Shown: one piece after another, positions 1-8,942 of the stretch
Position numbering within the stretch: position 1 is the first letter of the stretch
Layout: every line of letters starts with the position of its first letter
Sequence record: SRR22947727_1159
Reading direction: 5' to 3' (one strand)
Length of the DNA stretch: 45,703 nt
Made by a program: the position numbers and the translations under genes
The notes under the pieces: model-generated
What the model saw: the letters and a program-made list of their open reading frames with translations, nothing else
Told to the model about the DNA's origin: nothing
The model's database searches: none

Positions 1-2
1 TT

Positions 3-74
3 GAAAAAAATACTTTAAAGGCTACTTCAAGGGGTTATAAATTCCTGAACGATACTGTGAATATATTTAGCTAA
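3..74 (+). CDS. hemW: 3' end of radical SAM heme chaperone HemW (YggW), partial; truncated by the window edge
   Basis: Manual translation EKNTLKATSRGYKFLNDTVNIFS* resembles the HemW C-terminus (L+xT.+G..FLN); converges on trmB, a common neighbour in gammaproteobacteria. Only 23 codons are visible. Confidence 0.6.
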   Translation, partial: EKNTLKATSRGYKFLNDTVNIFS

Positions 75-714
75 TTTTTTGAAGAGGAAAAGGGTATATT
101 TTTCTACCCTCTTTTACTGCTCTTTGTTGAAACTTAGTTAAATCAGCTTCTTTGTATATTGAATTTTTTAATCTAGCAAAGCCTTTATTTTGATTTATTG
201 CCTCATCAATTGATTCAGCATAGTTTTCCCAGTCTGTAGACATGAAAAAATGCCCTCCATCTTTTATAGTCCTATGCATTAGATTTAAAAAATTATTATT
301 AAGCATTCTTCTTTTGTGATGTTTTAATTTTGGCCACGGGTCTGGACAAATAATAACCACATGATCGAATATAGGTTCGGTGATTTCATCAAGTATGAGT
401 CTTATGTCACCGGTAATGATCTTTAAATTATCTAAATTATTACTAATAATACCTCCAAGCAACTGACCTATTCCAGATACATATACTTCAGAACCGATGT
501 AAAGATTTTCTGGACTTTTTTTAGCAAATTTAAAAATATTTTCTCCATTACCAAAACCTATTTCTAAAATTATTTTTTTAAAATTGGTCTTAGCTGCTAG
601 GATTTCTGAATAAGAAGATATTTGATATCTTGAAAGACTTAAAAGATTTTTCTCTTGGCTTTTTGTTAAACGGCCTTTTCTTTGAACAAATGAAGGTAAG
701 AATTTATGACGCAT
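67..714 (-). CDS. trmB: tRNA (guanine-N7)-methyltransferase
   Basis: SFVQRKGRLT N-terminus, LEIGFGNG SAM motif, PDPWPKLKHHKRR, STDWENYAE and TKFQQR are TrmB signatures. Confidence 0.96.
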   Translation of the reverse strand: MRHKFLPSFVQRKGRLTKSQEKNLLSLSRYQISSYSEILAAKTNFKKIILEIGFGNGENIFKFAKKSPENLYIGSEVYVSGIGQLLGGIISNNLDNLKIITGDIRLILDEITEPIFDHVVIICPDPWPKLKHHKRRMLNNNFLNLMHRTIKDGGHFFMSTDWENYAESIDEAINQNKGFARLKNSIYKEADLTKFQQRAVKEGRKIYPFPLQKIS

Positions 715-732
715 GGTCTAGATTGAAAATTT

Positions 733-1593
733 TTAAGCAGCGCTTACCATCAAGGATTTTAATTTTTTTAAAGCTCCATTCTCAATCTGTCTAATTCTCT
801 CAGCAGAAACACCATATTCGTCAGCAAGATCATGAAGAGTTGCTTTATCATCTGCTAAATATCTTCTCTGAAGAATATCTTTACTTCTATCATCAAGCAT
901 TTTTAATGCCTGAGATAAATCGCTATGATTAAGGTCATCTGCCTCAGCCTTCGCGACTATAATTTCAGGATCATATGTATGATCTTCAATATATTGTGAT
1001 GGTGACATCACTTCATCATCATTTTCAGATACAACCGGAGCATCAAAGGATGCATCATTAGATGAAAGTCTATTTTCCATATGAAGCACATCTTTGACTT
1101 CGACATTTAGATCTTTAGCTATTTTCTCAGCCTCTTCTTTTGTTAACCACTCTAAACTTTTTTTCTTGCTTCTTAGGTTAAAAAATAATTTTCTCTGAGC
1201 TTTGGTTGTGGCAATTTTAACCAATCTCCAATTTTTAAGAATGTATTCATGAATTTCAGCTTTAATCCAATGAACAGCAAAAGATACAACTTTTACACCT
1301 CTGTGTGGATCATATTTATCAACGGCCTTCATTAATCCCACATTTCCTTCTTGAATAATATCAGCAAGCGGAAGTCCATATCCCTGATAAGACCTAGCTA
1401 TGTGCACAACAAACCTTAGATGATGGATAACCAGTTGTCTTGCAGCATCAAGATCATCTTCTTCGTATAGCTTTATAGCTAATTCCTGCTCCTGCTCTTT
1501 GGTTAATATAGGAATTGAATGCACAGAAGCCAAATAGGACTCTATATCCTTACCCGGACTATTAAGCTGTGAAGGTTGTAACTGTGTTCCCAT
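733..1593 (-). CDS. rpoH: RNA polymerase sigma-32 factor
   Basis: sigma70 region 2 (DIIQEGNVGLMKAV, FAVHWIKAEIHEY), RpoH box QRKLFFNLR, region 4 VSAERIRQIE. Confidence 0.97.
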   Translation of the reverse strand: MGTQLQPSQLNSPGKDIESYLASVHSIPILTKEQEQELAIKLYEEDDLDAARQLVIHHLRFVVHIARSYQGYGLPLADIIQEGNVGLMKAVDKYDPHRGVKVVSFAVHWIKAEIHEYILKNWRLVKIATTKAQRKLFFNLRSKKKSLEWLTKEEAEKIAKDLNVEVKDVLHMENRLSSNDASFDAPVVSENDDEVMSPSQYIEDHTYDPEIIVAKAEADDLNHSDLSQALKMLDDRSKDILQRRYLADDKATLHDLADEYGVSAERIRQIENGALKKLKSLMVSAA

Positions 1594-1651
1594 GTTTAAT
1601 ATAAATTATATTTATAATTAATTATATTATTAATTAATGTTATTAACAAAA

Positions 1652-2464
1652 TTATACCAACTTTTTGTAAAATTCGCTCAATAATGGAAGATAGTAATTT
1701 TTTAGTGATGTATTTCTGAATGCTGCAAAAGCAGGATTAAGGATGGTTTCGTCTTTTGAATAATCTAAAGAATGCTCATTAAGAATTTGGCACACATGCC
1801 CGCCGTTGCTGGACAAAATAGCATGGCCTGCTGCAATATCCCATTCAGATGTAGGACCAAACCTTGGGTAAATATCAGCTTTATTGTCAGAAAGTGCACA
1901 TAGCTTTAGCGAGCTACCTCTCTCAATTATTTCAAATGAAATATGATTAATCTTTAAATGATTTAAAAATTCTTTATCCATTTCAGTTTGATGACTTTTG
2001 CTCATTACAATACGAAGGGTCTCTGGTATATCATTGGCATTATCAAAGTCATCGAATTTAGATCCCTGCCATATTTGTCTACTAGTTGGAGCACAAATAG
2101 TGCCAAATATAGAAACTTTGTTTTCAATCAAAGCTATGTTAACTGTGAAATCATTTGATTTATTAATGAACTCTTTTGTTCCATCTAAAGGATCTATAAG
2201 CCAATATGGTTCTTTTGGAATTTTGGAACTTTTATCATAAGCTTCTTCAGAAACTACTGAAATATTTGGTGATATTTTTTTAAGAGAATCAAGAATTATT
2301 TTATTTGCATTATTGTCAGCCTCTGTAACAGGTGATCCATCAGATTTTTCAATAAGTTCATAAGAGTCTTTATGATATATCTCCATAATAGCTTCTGAAG
2401 CATCTTTAACTACAACTCTCAAAGGCTGATATAAACTTTTCAAAAAGTTTGAATCTATATGCAC
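1652..2464 (-). CDS. cysQ: 3'(2'),5'-bisphosphate nucleotidase (inositol monophosphatase family)
   Basis: KSDGSPVTEAD, SEE, WLIDPLDGTKEFI, GSSLK, YPRFGPTSEWDIAAG. Confidence 0.92.
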   Translation of the reverse strand: MHIDSNFLKSLYQPLRVVVKDASEAIMEIYHKDSYELIEKSDGSPVTEADNNANKIILDSLKKISPNISVVSEEAYDKSSKIPKEPYWLIDPLDGTKEFINKSNDFTVNIALIENKVSIFGTICAPTSRQIWQGSKFDDFDNANDIPETLRIVMSKSHQTEMDKEFLNHLKINHISFEIIERGSSLKLCALSDNKADIYPRFGPTSEWDIAAGHAILSSNGGHVCQILNEHSLDYSKDETILNPAFAAFRNTSLKNYYLPLLSEFYKKLV

Positions 2465-3606
2465 GTTACTGGTTCCAACTCATCAACACTTAAATTTAAA
2501 ATAATCTTATGATAAATCTCAGTATTATCCATTAGGCCAGTAAAGTGACTTGCTCCAGGACCATAAGCATATACGCCAACTGGAATACCGGTATGTCTTC
2601 CAGTGCCCCATTGAATTTCAACATAATCTTTATCTTGCTTTAAAATTTGCAGACCTCCTGTTTCATGATCAGCTGTTATGATTAAAAGAGTATCTTTATT
2701 TTTACCTACATATTCCATAGCCAGCCTAATGGTTTTATCAAAATCTTCAAACTCAGTTATCATTTTCTTTGCATCGTTATCATGGGCAGCCCAATCGATT
2801 TGACTTCCTTCGCTCATTAAAAAAAATCCTTTACAGTTATTTGTCCTGGTTTTTAAAAAATTCAAGGCAACGCTTGTCATTTCTTGTTGAGTGGGTTTCT
2901 CGGGTGATCTTTCAATACCATCTTTATCAAAAAGACCGATGACTCTTCTTGAGACTGATAAATCTAACTCTTCCAGACTTTCTTTATCAGATATGTATAA
3001 AGAATTCTTTTTTAATCTTTCATTGTCAAAAAATTCCTTACCCCCTCCCAAAGCAATGCTGATAGATGAAGCTATTAATTGATTGGCAATTTCTTCTTCT
3101 TTATATCTTGAATCAATATGAGCATAAAATGCTGCTGGTGTTGCATGAGTTATTGAAGAAGTAGATACCAGACCAGATAAAAAGCCTTTCTCATATAAAA
3201 TTTCAGGTAAGGTTTTTAATTTTTTCTTATTGACATCAACCGATAAAAATTTGTTATTTGTTTTTTCTCCAGTTGCCCATGAGGTTGCTGCAGCTGCTGA
3301 ATCTGTATAAGCATTATTATAAGAATGGGTAAGAGAAAAACCGGTATAGGGCATTTGATCGATAGCTAATTTGAAATCTAGGCCACCAATAGCAATTCTA
3401 GATAATGTTACTTGATTAAGTCCCGTTCCATCTCCAATTATTAAAATAATATTTTTTGGTTTCTGATTCTTTTCAAAGCTAGCAATATTTATATTTTTTG
3501 TTTGTTTGTTTCCTATTTTTATTTTCTCTGTATTGGGTTTGATATTCAGAATATTCAAAAAGAGAGCTATAGCAGCAAGACTTAATATAAGTAAATATTT
3601 TTTCAC
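2455..3606 (-). CDS. phoA: alkaline phosphatase, PhoA family, compact form with N-terminal signal/anchor
   Basis: GTG start; IILIIGDG, TDSAAAAT (Ser nucleophile), THATPA, EGSQIDWAAH, TADHETG, HTG metal ligands. Confidence 0.9.
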   Translation of the reverse strand: MKKYLLILSLAAIALFLNILNIKPNTEKIKIGNKQTKNINIASFEKNQKPKNIILIIGDGTGLNQVTLSRIAIGGLDFKLAIDQMPYTGFSLTHSYNNAYTDSAAAATSWATGEKTNNKFLSVDVNKKKLKTLPEILYEKGFLSGLVSTSSITHATPAAFYAHIDSRYKEEEIANQLIASSISIALGGGKEFFDNERLKKNSLYISDKESLEELDLSVSRRVIGLFDKDGIERSPEKPTQQEMTSVALNFLKTRTNNCKGFFLMSEGSQIDWAAHDNDAKKMITEFEDFDKTIRLAMEYVGKNKDTLLIITADHETGGLQILKQDKDYVEIQWGTGRHTGIPVGVYAYGPGASHFTGLMDNTEIYHKIILNLSVDELEPVTCI

Positions 3607-3613
3607 TAGTATT

Positions 3614-4456
3614 TTATGGCTTTAAAGCTTTGAGTCTCATTTGCATAAGTTCGCTCTCAGTATCAGGATATTCGTTATTGTAAATTGAAGCTTCCCATCT
3701 TCCATAAATTGGATTTGTAATAATAAACCATTTCTTACCCCACATTTCTTGATATTTTGCAGCTACTTCTTTTCTTGAATCCATGCCAGAAGTTGCTTCG
3801 TCTAATGATATGAAGTCGCCTAGCTGATCTCCTATGAGTAGGAGAATCCTATAATCTTGAGCAATTAATTCTCTTCTAGAAACCTTATCAGAGGTCCATC
3901 CATTTTCATTTTTCATTAATAAAACATCTCTATCAGTATCAAAAGGTAATCCAAGTTTCTTTAAATTATTTCTAGTAGCCTCTTCAGCAATTGCAATTCT
4001 ATTAGTTACATAAAAAATTTTAATTCCTTTGCTATCAGCATATTTTAAAAACTCATAAACTCCAGCTACAGAAGTAGACGCCTCCTCAAGCATCCACTCA
4101 ACCCAACCATTTGGATAAGATTCACCTTTTATAATTGCCCTTGCTTGAAAAGGTATGTTGTTAAGAACGGTTTCATCTATGTCTAAAATAACCGCCGGTG
4201 GCTTTTCTGAAAAATCTTCTTTTTGCTCTATAGCAGCAGTCCAGTTTTTATTAACCAATGCTTTTTCTAATGCTAGTTTTGCACCAGCAAAGGTTTGAAG
4301 ATTGTTTGCTTCATACTCGGCAGAAGATTGAGCATATAAAACTGCAAGCATGGACTGAGCTTGGACAGAATTATCAATTTTCTCTCCGGTTGCTGAAATA
4401 TGAGCAGTAAATAAATAAAAGACAGAAGATAAATATATTAGATTTCGTGATTTCAT
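3614..4456 (-). CDS. class C acid phosphatase / 5'-nucleotidase, e(P4) family (HAD)
   Basis: DIDETVLNN HAD motif I, YVTNR, GDQLGDF, NPIYGRWE; N-terminal signal peptide with no lipobox Cys. Confidence 0.9.
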   Translation of the reverse strand: MKSRNLIYLSSVFYLFTAHISATGEKIDNSVQAQSMLAVLYAQSSAEYEANNLQTFAGAKLALEKALVNKNWTAAIEQKEDFSEKPPAVILDIDETVLNNIPFQARAIIKGESYPNGWVEWMLEEASTSVAGVYEFLKYADSKGIKIFYVTNRIAIAEEATRNNLKKLGLPFDTDRDVLLMKNENGWTSDKVSRRELIAQDYRILLLIGDQLGDFISLDEATSGMDSRKEVAAKYQEMWGKKWFIITNPIYGRWEASIYNNEYPDTESELMQMRLKALKP

Positions 4457-4507
4457 AGATTAAGAGCATTATAATGCCAATAATTAATTTTAGTTATACA
4501 AATACAT

Positions 4508-4669
4508 ATGAATAGTGAAGTCTTGGAAAATCTGCACAAGCTAAAGAAAATGCTTGTTCTTTTAAGTGAAGAAAGGAAAGTTGTTATGTCTCATCATAAG
4601 ACCTTTGAACATGTTGAAAAAATTCGAAACATTGTCGATGATTCAATAAAAATTGCAGAGAATGAATAG
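4508..4669 (+). CDS. small hypothetical protein (53 aa), not in the ORF track
   Basis: ATG 4508 to TAG 4669: MNSEVLENLHKLKKMLVLLSEERKVVMSHHKTFEHVEKIRNIVDDSIKIAENE; fills the gap, and its stop overlaps the next ATG (4662). Confidence 0.7.
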   Translation: MNSEVLENLHKLKKMLVLLSEERKVVMSHHKTFEHVEKIRNIVDDSIKIAENE

Positions 4670-5519
4670 TTATTCCTGCTTTGAAGTAAATCTTAAGGAT
4701 GGCATAGCCCATCTTTCAATGAGCAGGCCCGATCAATTAAATTCTATGACAAGGATTTTTTGGAAAGAACTTCCAGAGATTATTAAGAATATAGATAAAA
4801 ACTCTGATGCAAGGGTGATAGTTCTATCCGGACAAGGTAAGCACTTTAGCGCTGGTATGGATTTAAGCACTTTTGTGCCGCCTAAAAAATCAGAAAGAGA
4901 GATAGATCCAGCAAGGCAAAGAGAGGCTTTTTACCATGAAGTTTTAGAGCTTCAAGATACTTTTACAGCACTTGAGGAATGCAGGATGCCGACCATAGCA
5001 GCTATTCAGGGTGCATGTGTTGGTGGTGCTATAGATATGGCTGCAGCCTGTGATTTAAGGTACTGCTCAGAAAATGCATTTTTTAAAATTGCTGAAGTTG
5101 ATATTGGAATTGCTGCAGATGTGGGAACACTCCAGAGACTGCCCTCCTTGATACCTCTTGCAGCACTAAGAGAGCTTGCATATACAGGAAGGAAATTTGA
5201 TTCGTCTGAGGCAAAATCTTTAGGCTTAGTTAATGAGGTATTTTCTTCGGAAGATGAGCTTATGAGCCAAGTGCAAAAACTAGCCAAAACAATTGCTAGC
5301 AAATCACCTTTGGTTACTAGGGTTATTAAAAAACAAATAAACTATGCCAGAGATCATTCTGTCAGAGATGCCTTAGAGTTTCATGCCACTTGGAATGCAA
5401 GCCTAATAAGTGGAAAAGATATGGAAGCAGCAATGACTGCTTATATGAATAAAACTGATGGTGAATTTGAAGATTTAGAGCCAAAGAAATCTTTTTGGGA
5501 AAAAGAGGGTTTGATTTAA
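4662..5519 (+). CDS. crotonase/enoyl-CoA hydratase family protein (dienoyl-CoA isomerase-like)
   Basis: HFSAGMDL oxyanion motif, IQGACVGGAIDM, EVDIGIAADVGTLQRLP; ATG 4662 preferred over TTG 4653. Confidence 0.9.
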   Translation: MNSYSCFEVNLKDGIAHLSMSRPDQLNSMTRIFWKELPEIIKNIDKNSDARVIVLSGQGKHFSAGMDLSTFVPPKKSEREIDPARQREAFYHEVLELQDTFTALEECRMPTIAAIQGACVGGAIDMAAACDLRYCSENAFFKIAEVDIGIAADVGTLQRLPSLIPLAALRELAYTGRKFDSSEAKSLGLVNEVFSSEDELMSQVQKLAKTIASKSPLVTRVIKKQINYARDHSVRDALEFHATWNASLISGKDMEAAMTAYMNKTDGEFEDLEPKKSFWEKEGLI

Positions 5520-5521
5520 AA

Positions 5522-6289
5522 TTAATCTCTTAAGAAAACTGGCTCAGTTACTGTAGATTCAGATTTAGAAAAGTAATATTTGTCTATATTAAACTTCGAA
5601 AGTTCTTCAAAGTCTTTTATATTATTTTCTATAATCCACCTTGCCATAAGGCCTCTTGCTTTTTTAGCATAAAAACTAATGATCTTGTGCTTACCATTTT
5701 TATAATCTTTAAAAACTGGTGATACTACATTGATATGCTCTGGCAATTTTCCTAATACAGTAAAATATTCTTTAGATGCAAGATTTATAATCAAATCAGA
5801 TTTTTGAGACTGTAAATCTTGCAGAACATTTTTCTGAATTGAGTTGCCCCAAAAATCATATAGATTTTTACCCTTACTTGTCTCTAACTTTGTTCCCATT
5901 TCTAATCTGTAGGGCTTGATTACATCCATGGGCCTTAGAATGCCGTATAGGCCAGAAAGAATTCTTAAGTGCTTTTGAGCAAATTTAATTTGTTTGTTAT
6001 TTAAAGTTTCAGCATCCAGACCCTGATACACATCTCCTTTGAATACCATTACGGATGGCTTGGTGTCTGCAGAAACTATTTTTGAAGCTTTCCATGATTG
6101 ATATCTATCAAAATTTAAGACAGCAAGTTTATCGCTAAGGCCCATAAGACTTGCAATATCTTTAGGCTCTTTCTCTTTTAAAGTCTTTATAAGGTTTGAA
6201 GATTGGCTTAAAAACTGCGGTGCAGTATGATTGCTCTTAGGATCAACACCATAATCCAAAGTTTTTGCTGGGGAAAGTACTATTATCAT
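5522..6289 (-). CDS. yaaA: peroxide stress protein YaaA (UPF0246)
   Basis: MIIVLSPAKTLD start, FKGDVYQGL, SGLYGILRP, YRLEMGT, NLASKEY, ISFYAKKARGLMAR; start moved to ATG 6289. Confidence 0.95.
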   Translation of the reverse strand: MIIVLSPAKTLDYGVDPKSNHTAPQFLSQSSNLIKTLKEKEPKDIASLMGLSDKLAVLNFDRYQSWKASKIVSADTKPSVMVFKGDVYQGLDAETLNNKQIKFAQKHLRILSGLYGILRPMDVIKPYRLEMGTKLETSKGKNLYDFWGNSIQKNVLQDLQSQKSDLIINLASKEYFTVLGKLPEHINVVSPVFKDYKNGKHKIISFYAKKARGLMARWIIENNIKDFEELSKFNIDKYYFSKSESTVTEPVFLRD

Positions 6290-6325
6290 GATAAATATTC
6301 TAACCAAATCTAGGTCAGACTACTA

Positions 6326-6799
6326 ATGAAACTTATAGAAAAGTATATAAATTTTGTAGGTGAAAAAATTTCCTACCTTATACCTGTAATGGTTTTGCTG
6401 ATGGTAATAGTCATTGTTAGTAGGTATTTCTTTGGGGTGGGAAGGACCGATTTACAAGAATTAGTAATGTATTTTCATGCTTTAGTTTTCTTGGGTTGTG
6501 CGGGATATGTTATGAATAAGGATGAACATGTTCGCGTAGATATCTTTTACAGGAATGCATCGAATAAATATAAAAATCTTATCAATAGTGTTTTTGGCAT
6601 TCTTTTTCTATTACCAATAATTATTGTTACCTTCGTATACTCGTTAGAAACTATTGAAGCATCATGGAAGATGAAAGAGGTTTCAACCGAAGCTGGTGGT
6701 TTGGCATATGTATTTATTCAAAAAACTTTTCTTGTCTTATTTCCAATTACACTTATGGCCTCTCTTATTAATCAGCTTCTGAAAATAAAATGGAAATAA
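6326..6799 (+). CDS. dctQ: TRAP transporter small permease (DctQ)
   Basis: About four TM segments, QELVMY, DEHVRVDIFY motif; overlaps dctM start. Confidence 0.9.
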   Translation: MKLIEKYINFVGEKISYLIPVMVLLMVIVIVSRYFFGVGRTDLQELVMYFHALVFLGCAGYVMNKDEHVRVDIFYRNASNKYKNLINSVFGILFLLPIIIVTFVYSLETIEASWKMKEVSTEAGGLAYVFIQKTFLVLFPITLMASLINQLLKIKWK

Positions 6800-8127
6800 T
6801 ACCTTTATTACTATTAATTTTAGTATGCTGCGCGCTGCTCTTTGGCTACCCAGTTGCATTTACTCTTTCGGGGGTTTCTATTTTATTTGCTCTTATTTGT
6901 ATTCCGCTTGGAATATTTGACGAGTCAATTTTAAAAAGCATTCCTTTAAGAATATTCGGCATTATGAATAATGTAACTTTGCTTGCTGTGCCGCTTTTCA
7001 TCTTTATGGGTACAGTACTTGAGCGTTCTGGCATCGCATCAAAAATGCTAGAAAATATGGCGCTGGCTTTTAAGAACATAAGAGGTGGGTTAAGTATTTC
7101 TATTATTGCAGTTGGGGCATTATTAGCTGCAAGCACTGGAATAGTTGGTGCAACTGTAGTTACTATGGGCTTAATGTCATTGCCTGTAATGATTCAGCAA
7201 GGTTACAAAAAAGATTTTTCTTCCGGCCTTGTTGCATCTACTGGGACTCTTGGACAAATTATTCCCCCGTCGATTGCATTGGTGTTATTGGGCGATGTTA
7301 TGTCTAATGCGTATCAAAGAGCTCAAAATAATATGGGCATTTTCTCTCAAAAGACTGTCACAGTTGGGGATCTATTTGTTGGTGCCATAGTACCGGGCAT
7401 TATGATTTGTCTTGGTTATCTTTTATATACAATCTATAAAAACAAGAAAAACCCTGATATTCTTTTTGAGCCCGAGGCAAGCTCAGCATCTTTTATAGAT
7501 ATCTTAAAAACTCTTGCTTTACCCCTGTTGCTAATAATATTGGTTTTAGGATCAATTATTGCCGGTATTGCTACTCCAACTGAAGCATCAGCTATAGGAG
7601 CAATGGGAGCTTTGCTGATTGTATTAATCAATGGAGGGTTAACGTTTGATTTTATAAAAGAGACTAGTCAAAAAACTGCGATTGTTTCGACTATGATCTT
7701 TACTATATTGATTGGCGCTTCAATCTTTTCACTAATTTTCAGGGGTGTTGGAGGCGATGATCTAATTGATCTTATATTTGGCTCACTTCCTGGAGGGCCA
7801 TATACAGCTCTTATATTTGTATTAATGTTTGTTTTCTTACTTGGCTTTATTTTAGATTTTATTGAGATTTGTTATGTGATTGTGCCTTTAGTTGCTCCGC
7901 CACTATTAATGATGGGCTTTGATCCTGTATGGCTTGCAATACTTTTGGCAATAAATCTCCAAACCTCATTTTTAACACCTCCATTCGGTTTCTCTCTTTT
8001 TTATCTTCGTGGTGTTGCAGATGAATCAATCAAGACATCTGAAATATACCAAGGTGTCATTCCTTTTATTGTAATTCAACTACTTGTTTTGGTTGCTGTT
8101 CTTCTTGTACCATTTTTAGTTCTATGA
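6790..8127 (+). CDS. dctM: TRAP transporter large permease (DctM)
   Basis: GYPVAFTL, LAVPLFIFMG, GTLGQIIPPS, ATPTEASAIGA, NLQTSFLTPPFG. Confidence 0.95.
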   Translation: MEIIPLLLLILVCCALLFGYPVAFTLSGVSILFALICIPLGIFDESILKSIPLRIFGIMNNVTLLAVPLFIFMGTVLERSGIASKMLENMALAFKNIRGGLSISIIAVGALLAASTGIVGATVVTMGLMSLPVMIQQGYKKDFSSGLVASTGTLGQIIPPSIALVLLGDVMSNAYQRAQNNMGIFSQKTVTVGDLFVGAIVPGIMICLGYLLYTIYKNKKNPDILFEPEASSASFIDILKTLALPLLLIILVLGSIIAGIATPTEASAIGAMGALLIVLINGGLTFDFIKETSQKTAIVSTMIFTILIGASIFSLIFRGVGGDDLIDLIFGSLPGGPYTALIFVLMFVFLLGFILDFIEICYVIVPLVAPPLLMMGFDPVWLAILLAINLQTSFLTPPFGFSLFYLRGVADESIKTSEIYQGVIPFIVIQLLVLVAVLLVPFLVL

Positions 8128-8939
8128 CTAATTTTAAAATTCCAAAAAATGGTAACAGCATGATGCCTTTTAATTTTGGTCCAAGAGAGACAGACCCAAG
8201 GAGTTCTGGATGGTATCGAGATGTATCGATGTTGATTGTCCCCTATAAAACAGATGCAGAAATTCTAAGAAAACTGATGCCAGAACAGTTTGAGATTTCT
8301 GATGAGCCAACTGTTTCTGTAAATTATGCTTGCAATAAAGATATCGATTGGCTTGCAGGACGAAACTATAATTTGATTTCAGTTAGTGTTGAGGCTATTT
8401 TTTCTGGGGATGTTGATGAAGTTACAGCATCATACAATTTGGTAATGTGGGAGAACTTAACAGACCCAATCCTTACAGGAAGAGAGATGCAAGGTATCCC
8501 AAAAATATATGCTGATATTGATGATATGTCTTATGGTAACAATTCTGCTAATGTACGAATGTCTCATTTTGCAAGTCCTATTTTAGATATTGCGATTTCT
8601 GATGCTGCTCGATTAGACAAAAAAATTGTTGGTGAGGTCGTGAAAGAAAAATCAGACATGCAATCCTTTGGATATAGGTACATACCGAATGTTAATCCAG
8701 CATTGCCGCCTGTTGTTGCAGAACCAATTTTACATAACTCACAAAATATTTTTACTGAAATGAGTCTTGGTAAAGGGTTTGTTAACTGGCACTCATCTAG
8801 CTGGGAACAAAATCCAACTCAGTCTCATATAATTAATAAACTTAAAGGTTTGCCAATTCTTGAATATGAAGATGCTGTGATGACGAAAGGTGCAACCAAT
8901 CTATTTATACCTGATAAACCTTCAAAAATTCTAAAATAA
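8124..8939 (+). CDS. acetoacetate decarboxylase (Adc) superfamily protein
   Basis: MPFNFGP N-terminus, WLAGRNYN, and GREMQGIPK carrying the Schiff-base Lys motif (GRE.WG.PK-like); ATGA overlap with dctM. Confidence 0.8.
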   Translation: MTNFKIPKNGNSMMPFNFGPRETDPRSSGWYRDVSMLIVPYKTDAEILRKLMPEQFEISDEPTVSVNYACNKDIDWLAGRNYNLISVSVEAIFSGDVDEVTASYNLVMWENLTDPILTGREMQGIPKIYADIDDMSYGNNSANVRMSHFASPILDIAISDAARLDKKIVGEVVKEKSDMQSFGYRYIPNVNPALPPVVAEPILHNSQNIFTEMSLGKGFVNWHSSSWEQNPTQSHIINKLKGLPILEYEDAVMTKGATNLFIPDKPSKILK

Positions 8940-8942
8940 GAT

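Noticed and set aside
1594..1651. Palindrome TATAATTAATTATA (1613-1626) upstream of rpoH
   Set aside because: The spacer is almost pure A/T, so such a palindrome is expected by chance
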